Shown here in pieces: positions 17,990 through 23,386 of a stretch of 23,386 nt of DNA. Numbering within the stretch: position 1 is the first letter of the stretch; each line of letters begins with the position of its first letter. The translations under genes and the position numbers were made by a program. This stretch comes from a bacterium (lineage in GTDB: Bacteria; Hydrothermota; 32-111). The notes under the pieces were generated by a model. It did no database searches. It was not told the origin of the DNA and saw only the letters and a program-made list of their open reading frames with translations. The stretch is taken from the NCBI GenBank assembly GCA_046484245.1, contig JAWOBN010000030.1, forward strand, positions 1-23,386. Reading direction: 5' to 3'.

Positions 17990-19013
17990 TATCATCACTC
18001 AGTTTATTCTTCAATTGACCGCATGCACCCTCAATATCAGTACCCTTGCTCTGCCTGACACTCACTGAGTCCTTGAATGGATACATCCTGCTCTTGAAAC
18101 TGTCAATCTCTCTCTTTGACGGTTCTCTGAAAGAAGACCCGCTTACAAGATTATAGGGTATGAGATTTATCTTGCAGTCAAAATCATCCAGATACTTGAG
18201 CAGTGCATCACTGTCAGACCTGCTGTCATTGAATCCCGGTATTATAATGTATTCAAATGTAATGCGTCTGTTATTCTCTTTCTGATAATCAAGCAATGCC
18301 TGCTTCAACAGGTCAAGGGGATATTTTGATGCAATGGGCATCAGATATTCCCTCTTCTTCTGAACAGCACTGTTCAGTGAAACAGCCAGTTTCGCCTGAA
18401 TATCAAACTGTGAGAACTCCCTTATGCCCGGGATAATGCCTGCAGTTGAAACAGTTATCCTGCGCGCACCTATCTTAATGCCTCTTTCATCATTGAGTAT
18501 CCTGATTGCATTGAGCACATTGTCTGTATTGAGAAATGGTTCGCCCATGCCCATGAATACAATATTGCTTATCCTTGTATTGGAGTCAGACTGAACAGCC
18601 AGATACTGCCTTATTATCTGCGAAACAGTGAGATTCTGCCCTGCTGCTTTCCCTGTTGCGCAGAACTTGCATGCCAGAGAGCAGCCTGTCTGCGTAGAGA
18701 GACATTGTGTCAATCTGCTGCGTGATGGGATCAGGACTGATTCAATCCACTCATTGTCAAAATTAATTGCGAATTTTCTCGTATTGTCCAGTTTTGACAC
18801 TGCCTTGTAATCAAAGGACGGTTTTTCTATGGAGAATATGGAGTGGAGTCTCTCCCTGTCGGATTTGGCAATATCGGTCATCTTGTAGAAATCAAAAATG
18901 AGCTTCTCATAAATCCACTTGTACAGAATATCTGCCCTGTAAGCCTTGAATCCATGCTCCTTGAGTAGGGTCCTGAGTTGCTCTCTTGTGAAATTGAATA
19001 TATCGTATTTCAT
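17976..19013 (-). CDS. rlmN: 23S rRNA m2A2503 / tRNA radical SAM methyltransferase RlmN
   Basis: IESVLIP, CLSTQTGCSLACKFC (CxxxCxxC), VFMGMGEP, RRITVST, NLIPYN, DIEGACGQL. ATG 19013 preferred over TTG 19040. Confidence 0.95.
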   Translation of the reverse strand: MKYDIFNFTREQLRTLLKEHGFKAYRADILYKWIYEKLIFDFYKMTDIAKSDRERLHSIFSIEKPSFDYKAVSKLDNTRKFAINFDNEWIESVLIPSRSRLTQCLSTQTGCSLACKFCATGKAAGQNLTVSQIIRQYLAVQSDSNTRISNIVFMGMGEPFLNTDNVLNAIRILNDERGIKIGARRITVSTAGIIPGIREFSQFDIQAKLAVSLNSAVQKKREYLMPIASKYPLDLLKQALLDYQKENNRRITFEYIIIPGFNDSRSDSDALLKYLDDFDCKINLIPYNLVSGSSFREPSKREIDSFKSRMYPFKDSVSVRQSKGTDIEGACGQLKNKLSDDIKGK

Positions 19014-19019
19014 AGGATA

Positions 19020-19047
19020 AGGATATTGCAGACCTGTCAAAAGTCAA
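19020..19047 (-). promoter_or_regulatory. Putative leaderless promoter of rlmN
   Basis: Minus strand TTGACT (19047-19042), 16 nt, TATCCT (19025-19020), 6 nt, ATG. Both boxes are also retained in the duplicate at 22875-22919. Confidence 0.5.
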
Positions 19048-19111
19048 GAAGAATAATTATTATGTTATTCCCATTATCTGTCCTCTTACCGTTATTTTGT
19101 CAAAACCACCC

Positions 19112-19269
19112 TCCAAATCCCAGGGACAGCCCTTGCGATTCAAGCAATTTCTGGGCCGCTATTTATCAACTTACAGACATGGTCTACTTAAGTGATGTTA
19201 ATTATGCACTTACAAAATTATACTTTTGTCAATTTGCTCAAATCGCAAGGGCTGTCCCTGGGATTTGGA
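19112..19269. repeat. 29-bp perfect inverted repeat of a REP-like hairpin (REPIN/MITE-like, 158 bp)
   Basis: TCCAAATCCCAGGGACAGCCCTTGCGATT (19112-19140) and its exact reverse complement (19241-19269), with 7/10 further matches inward. Each arm is itself an imperfect palindrome around GGGACAGCCC. Confidence 0.9.
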
Positions 19270-19404
19270 CAGAAAGTTATGTAATTGCATAAATAACGGG
19301 GTTTAGGCTGTATTTAAGTTTATTTACCGGTCTATACTTTAATATTTTGAGAGATACTATCAAGAGATTCTTTACCTCAATAAGGGTCATTCTCGGCATT
19401 AAGA

Positions 19405-19433
19405 TTGACAAATTATTAATTATCTGATATTAA
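19405..19433 (+). promoter_or_regulatory. Putative promoter of the cassette
   Basis: TTGACA (19405-19410), 17-nt spacer ending TGA, TATTAA (19428-19433). The -10 is only 4/6. ATG at 19442 would be near the start site. Confidence 0.4.
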
Positions 19434-19435
19434 TC

Positions 19436-21331
19436 ATGATTATGAAAAATTTAAATAATAACAAGCAATTACCAGACAATACGAGTAAGGTTCTGCATAC
19501 AGCGCGCCGCTGCAGGCACTATGCAATGTGTAAAACAGATTTTCTGGGAACAGGCATATGCCCGTCCGGGGAAAAGAACCATTTCATTTCGTTTTATCCC
19601 CAGGGTATGATGGATATAACCGCTGCTGTATTGGAAAAGAGGATTCCTGTTACAACCGGACTTGTGGAAGTAGCAAATGAATGTACACTCTGCGGCATCT
19701 GCGACAGCCAGTGCTACTTTGTAACTGAACTCAGGCCCTTTGGCGTATTCCAGACATTGAAGAATTATATTGACGATTATCTTCAGTCAAATGATCCTGT
19801 AGAGGTTCCTTCTGATGATTTTCTGAATAAGCTCAGGTCTATAACCGGTGAAAAATATGCCACCAATGACCCGGGCCTTTTAATTGCCTATGCAAACGAT
19901 CCGTGCCCAATCTCATTTGAGACAATACCCCGATATGCAGCTGTGCCAAGTGATACGCAGCAAGTAAGCGAAATTGTAAAGCTTTGCAGGCGGGAAGGAA
20001 TGGAGTACACGATAAGAGGGAATGGCTCCTCTGCAATGGGGTTCGTATTGGGGTCAGGGCTTATAATTGATACCACGAGAATGAAGAAGATGGAGTTTGA
20101 TACCGGCAACCGCGCAGTTACTATTGGTGCGGGAATAAGTGCTTTTGAACTTCAGAAGGAAGCTGTAGCACGCGGCTACCGGGTGCTTGCTGCTGAGCCT
20201 TCGGCTCTGTATTGTGCCAATATTATATGCTCCGGATTATTTTCGTTATTCTCAAGTTCTTACGGAACAGGCACAGACAACCTTATTGATGCGGAATTTG
20301 TTTCAGAGGAGGGAGGTGTTTTTTCTCTTTCTCAAAGGGATGCTCCCAATCTGTACGGATTCAGTAAAAGTGAGCCTCCTATTCAAGGAATATGTACGCA
20401 GGCTGTAGTTAAGCTCCATCCTATTGTAGAGGATGAATCGGCGATAGCTGTACCGTTTTCAGATATGCAATCTGCTATTGGCTATGCGAAAAAACTGAAC
20501 AGACGGCATATCGGGCTTGGTATCGGGGTACTCGGGGGAGAATACCTTAGTACTTTTATATCCCCAACCTCTGAACTTGCCGAAATCCTCCGGAGTGTTT
20601 TTCATAAGGAGCTGGGCATAGAATACCTTGTGATAGTTCTTGGAAACAAGCATCACTTGGATGCAGCCAGAGACATGGCTCCGGTGGTTCTTGAGCAGGA
20701 GGTAATGAGGACACTGATACTGGGTATATCCGCACTGGGTGAAGAAGGGCTTATTCAGATTTTGCGGGGAATGGAAGGTGAAGCAAAGCCCTATGAAATA
20801 TTAGCAAAGCCTGAAATGCTACCCATTATTGAAGCAGCACTTGATCCTTCTCCCGAACAGCTGTCCGAGGCTGTTGAGCCTGATTTAAAGGCTTTTTACG
20901 AAAAGCTTTACAGCCGCACCGAGCTTACCGATATGCTTTGGCTGAATACCTTTAGAATAGTGAGCTCCAGGATGGGAAGAGACGGGCATCTTATTGTTAC
21001 AATAGTATATGTGCCTCTTGACAACATCCCTCAGGTGGAAGAAATACATAAAGCATTCAAAGAGTTGACACATAGCACCGGGGTGCGGGGCGAATTCGGT
21101 TTTCTTACGCCCGTAGACCAGGGAGCTATGGGGATCTTTGAGTGGGACATGTATCTGGACCATGCGGATCCTGAAGAGGTAGAGAAGATGCAGAAAGCCA
21201 TGGAGAAAGCAGTAGTCATGCTGGAAGGCTTTTCGCAGCAGGATCCCCGGGTGCTCTGGATTGGGGATGTTCTTAACAAAGGATTCTCCAGAAAGGAATC
21301 CTATTTGTATCACGGGGCAAATTTCAATTGA
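19436..21331 (+). CDS. Fe-S-cluster + FAD-binding (PCMH / FAD_binding_4) oxidoreductase
   Basis: N-terminal Cys motifs CRHYAMC..ICP and CTLCGICDSQC, then P....VPSDTQQVSEIVKLC, IRGNGSS, IIDTTRM, VTIGAG and GICTQAVVKLHP of the vanillyl-alcohol-oxidase-type FAD domain. Confidence 0.8.
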   Translation: MIMKNLNNNKQLPDNTSKVLHTARRCRHYAMCKTDFLGTGICPSGEKNHFISFYPQGMMDITAAVLEKRIPVTTGLVEVANECTLCGICDSQCYFVTELRPFGVFQTLKNYIDDYLQSNDPVEVPSDDFLNKLRSITGEKYATNDPGLLIAYANDPCPISFETIPRYAAVPSDTQQVSEIVKLCRREGMEYTIRGNGSSAMGFVLGSGLIIDTTRMKKMEFDTGNRAVTIGAGISAFELQKEAVARGYRVLAAEPSALYCANIICSGLFSLFSSSYGTGTDNLIDAEFVSEEGGVFSLSQRDAPNLYGFSKSEPPIQGICTQAVVKLHPIVEDESAIAVPFSDMQSAIGYAKKLNRRHIGLGIGVLGGEYLSTFISPTSELAEILRSVFHKELGIEYLVIVLGNKHHLDAARDMAPVVLEQEVMRTLILGISALGEEGLIQILRGMEGEAKPYEILAKPEMLPIIEAALDPSPEQLSEAVEPDLKAFYEKLYSRTELTDMLWLNTFRIVSSRMGRDGHLIVTIVYVPLDNIPQVEEIHKAFKELTHSTGVRGEFGFLTPVDQGAMGIFEWDMYLDHADPEEVEKMQKAMEKAVVMLEGFSQQDPRVLWIGDVLNKGFSRKESYLYHGANFN

Positions 21332-21333
21332 TT

Positions 21334-22470
21334 ATGAGTAATTCCCCGATTCTTATTACAGGCGCAACCGGTTTTCTCGGAGGGTTTTTAGCCGGGGAGC
21401 TGATAAAAAAGGGCAGAAGAACAATTCTTGCTGTTCGTCCTAAGGGAAATGATTCTGCCCGGCAGCGGGTAGAAAACCTTTTGAGGTTTCTTAATATAGA
21501 AGCAAAGCATGAACCGGTAGTTATTCCTGCAGAGATTGATAAGCCCGGACTGGGACTCTCGGAAGAGCACCGGCAGATACTCACGGATGTGCCGGAGGTA
21601 CTCCACTGTGCAGCAGATACTTCATTTGCAGAGAGAAAAAGACAGCAGGTTGAAGCAACGAATTTACAAGGGCTGCGGAATGTATTTGATATTGTTCCGA
21701 ACTGTGAAAGATTTTTCCACATGAGTTCAGCCTATTCTGCCGGAATGCAGGAAGGACTCATTATGGAAGAAATCCAGGATCCCCCGGGTTTCCATAACCC
21801 TTACGAACAGTCAAAAAATGAAGCTGAAAAGATTATAACAGACCTGTGCAGGGAAAACAGCACCAATCTTACCATTTTGCGCCCCTCCATTACCTATGGG
21901 GATTCAGCCACGGGGGAAAGCCTGCGGTTCAATGCATTGTATTTTCCGGTGCGGATACTGCTTTTTTTCAGAGATTCACTGAAAAGAGATATTTTGGAAA
22001 GAACCGGCAAGCGGGCAGCAGGGCTCGGTGTCTCCATAGATGAAAACGGGAGTATGCACCTTCCTCTTACCTTTCCCGGAGACGGCCGGCTGAACCTTGT
22101 GCCCATAAACTTTTTGGTGAAAACTGTTACTGCAATAATGGACAGCGGAGAAACCGGGATTTATCATATTGTTAATCCGAAATCCGACACCATCGGACAG
22201 CTTGCAGAGAATATACAGAGGCATTATTCCATTTCAGGCTTGGAAGTGACCAACCAGGCAGTGCACGATGGCCCTTTGCAGGCCCTTATTAACAGCTATA
22301 TGGATGTGTACTATCCATACTTCTGTGACAAAAGAAGTTTCAGCGATTACCGGACAAAAAAGATTCTGGAGCCTTTGGGGATTGAATGCCCTGAGTTAAC
22401 ATCGGCTGTATTTAAAAGATGCATGGACTTTGCCGTAGAAGTAAACTGGGGTTCAAAGATCAGGGTGTAG
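21334..22470 (+). CDS. Extended SDR, NAD_binding_4 (male-sterility / fatty acyl-CoA or thioester reductase-like)
   Basis: ILITGATGFLGG, VLHCAA, HMSSAY, NPYEQSK (YxxxK), ILRPSITYGDS, NLVPIN. Alternative TTG start at 21328. Confidence 0.88.
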   Translation: MSNSPILITGATGFLGGFLAGELIKKGRRTILAVRPKGNDSARQRVENLLRFLNIEAKHEPVVIPAEIDKPGLGLSEEHRQILTDVPEVLHCAADTSFAERKRQQVEATNLQGLRNVFDIVPNCERFFHMSSAYSAGMQEGLIMEEIQDPPGFHNPYEQSKNEAEKIITDLCRENSTNLTILRPSITYGDSATGESLRFNALYFPVRILLFFRDSLKRDILERTGKRAAGLGVSIDENGSMHLPLTFPGDGRLNLVPINFLVKTVTAIMDSGETGIYHIVNPKSDTIGQLAENIQRHYSISGLEVTNQAVHDGPLQALINSYMDVYYPYFCDKRSFSDYRTKKILEPLGIECPELTSAVFKRCMDFAVEVNWGSKIRV

Positions 22471-22702
22471 GTCTTAATGTGCTGCATATAATTACTTTTG
22501 AGGTACAATTAAGTATAGACCTAATGGAACTTTGTCAGATTGCTCAATCCGGGATATAATAGAAAATGGGAACCATCACCGCCAGAGAACTATTCGGGCG
22601 GACTTGAGGAACGGGCTACTCTCGCAGTTCAAGCAGAACATTAGAAAAACAGTCGGGAGATAAATGAGGAAACTTTGAAATCCAACCGTTAATATGCTGT
22701 AT

Positions 22703-22919
22703 ATGCCAGAGAGCAGCCTGTCTGGGGAGAGAGACACTGTGTCAATCTGCTGCGTGATGGTATCAGGACTGATTCAATCCACTCATTGTCAAAATTGAAT
22801 GCGAAATTTTTGTATTATCCGGCTTTTATACTGCCTTGTAATCAAAGGAGGGTTTGATTGAATATACCGTATTTCATAGGATAAGGATAGTTGTTATAGG
22901 TTATATAAGAGAAGTCAAG
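22703..22919 (-). pseudogene. rlmN: Decayed duplicate of the rlmN 5' end and promoter
   Basis: 22703-22855 matches 18671-18824 (substitutions, one 1-nt deletion). 22857-22889 matches 18993-19025. AAGTCAAG 22912-22919 matches 19041-19048. About 168 nt is internally deleted. Confidence 0.9.
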
Positions 22920-22926
22920 CATTATC

Positions 22927-23385
22927 CTATTTCCAGGAAACAACGATGTTTTCCCTGTCAAAGAGTTTGATGGAAAATCTGAAGGTGAAGATGTCTATGA
23001 GGATTATAATAATGGATGCAATAATGAGATTGACAGTGGAGAAAATGAATATGCCCGATACCTGCAGTGCAATGAATGCAAATACAGGCAGAACAATTAT
23101 CAGTGACAGATTCTGGGCTGATTTGGCATCTTTTGCCCTGGAAGAGGCAATAATGCCCAATAGGAAGGCGAATATGGCAAAACCCGGAACAAGTATGAAG
23201 AATGCAAAAAGCAGATAATTCACAGGGAGGAGTGAAAGTATGTGAGCTTTATCAATGAAAGTAAAAGCATAGAAGAAAACACCGAGAAAGAAATAAGAGC
23301 ATATCATTGCCGGAATGAATTCGGCGAGTATCTTTCCCAGTATCAGTTCACCTGTCCTGACTGGGGTTGATAGCAGGGGTTCAAG
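22927..23385 (-). CDS. ABC-2 type transporter permease (5' part outside window)
   Basis: Frame open to the edge: LEPLLSTPVRTGELILGKILA, ASSRAKDAKSAQNL, C-terminal LFDRENI; multiple TM helices. Confidence 0.88.
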   Translation of the reverse strand, partial: LEPLLSTPVRTGELILGKILAEFIPAMICSYFFLGVFFYAFTFIDKAHILSLLPVNYLLFAFFILVPGFAIFAFLLGIIASSRAKDAKSAQNLSLIIVLPVFAFIALQVSGIFIFSTVNLIIASIIIILIDIFTFRFSIKLFDRENIVVSWK

Positions 23386-23386
23386 G

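Larger units (their letters stand above)
19049..22702. mobile_element. Putative inserted islet between rlmN and a decayed duplicate of its 5' end; no integrase or transposase visible
   Basis: Flanked by direct-repeat rlmN homology. Its genes are oriented opposite to the flanking genes. Contains an internal 11-bp IR (19329-19339 / 22511-22521) and a REP-like doublet. Confidence 0.5.

Noticed and set aside
18978..19292. 104-aa ORF across the inverted repeat
   Set aside because: TTG start inside antisense rlmN, no motif, runs through the repeat arms; not transposase-like.
19290..19345. Integron attC or Xer dif site at the cassette edge
   Set aside because: GTTTAGGC is not a proper GTTRRRY with a matching inverse core, and there is no XerD-arm-like TTATGTTAAAT.
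22703..22889. rlmN duplicate as a diversity-generating retroelement template/variable repeat pair
   Set aside because: Mismatches are not adenine-specific on either strand, there are indels, and no reverse transcriptase is present.
22946..23218. 90-aa plus-strand ORF
   Set aside because: Antisense shadow of the hydrophobic ABC permease.

Overview
Bacterial chromosomal window, AT-rich by eye, in three parts. (1) 1-10547, + strand: a tightly coupled signalling/motility-like cluster. It runs: acidic repeat/TPR protein (5' truncated), efp, PilT/PilU-type ATPase, MglA GTPase, a double DnaA/Hda-type AAA+ protein with no DNA-binding domain, a DUF4388-MshEN-TPR protein, cheR, cheD, cheB, a TPR protein and cheW. 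No CheA, receptor, stand-alone CheY or MglB is visible in the window. (2) 10544-19013: pgpA-cinA-thpR-recA-recX, SPFH, DUF401, DUF1614, a lipoprotein and convergent rlmN. (3) ~19050-22920: an apparently inserted two-gene cassette (Fe-S/FAD oxidoreductase plus NAD_binding_4-type reductase). It carries a REP-like 29-bp inverted doublet and short inverted and direct repeats, and is bracketed by intact rlmN on one side and a decayed copy of the rlmN 5' end and promoter on the other. An ABC-2 permease runs off the right edge. The best candidates for new biology are the MglA/PilT/DnaA-like/MshEN/Che module, the rlmN-bracketed cassette, and a protein assembled from six heptamer DNA repeat families. 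All calls come from motif recognition by eye; no database searches were run.
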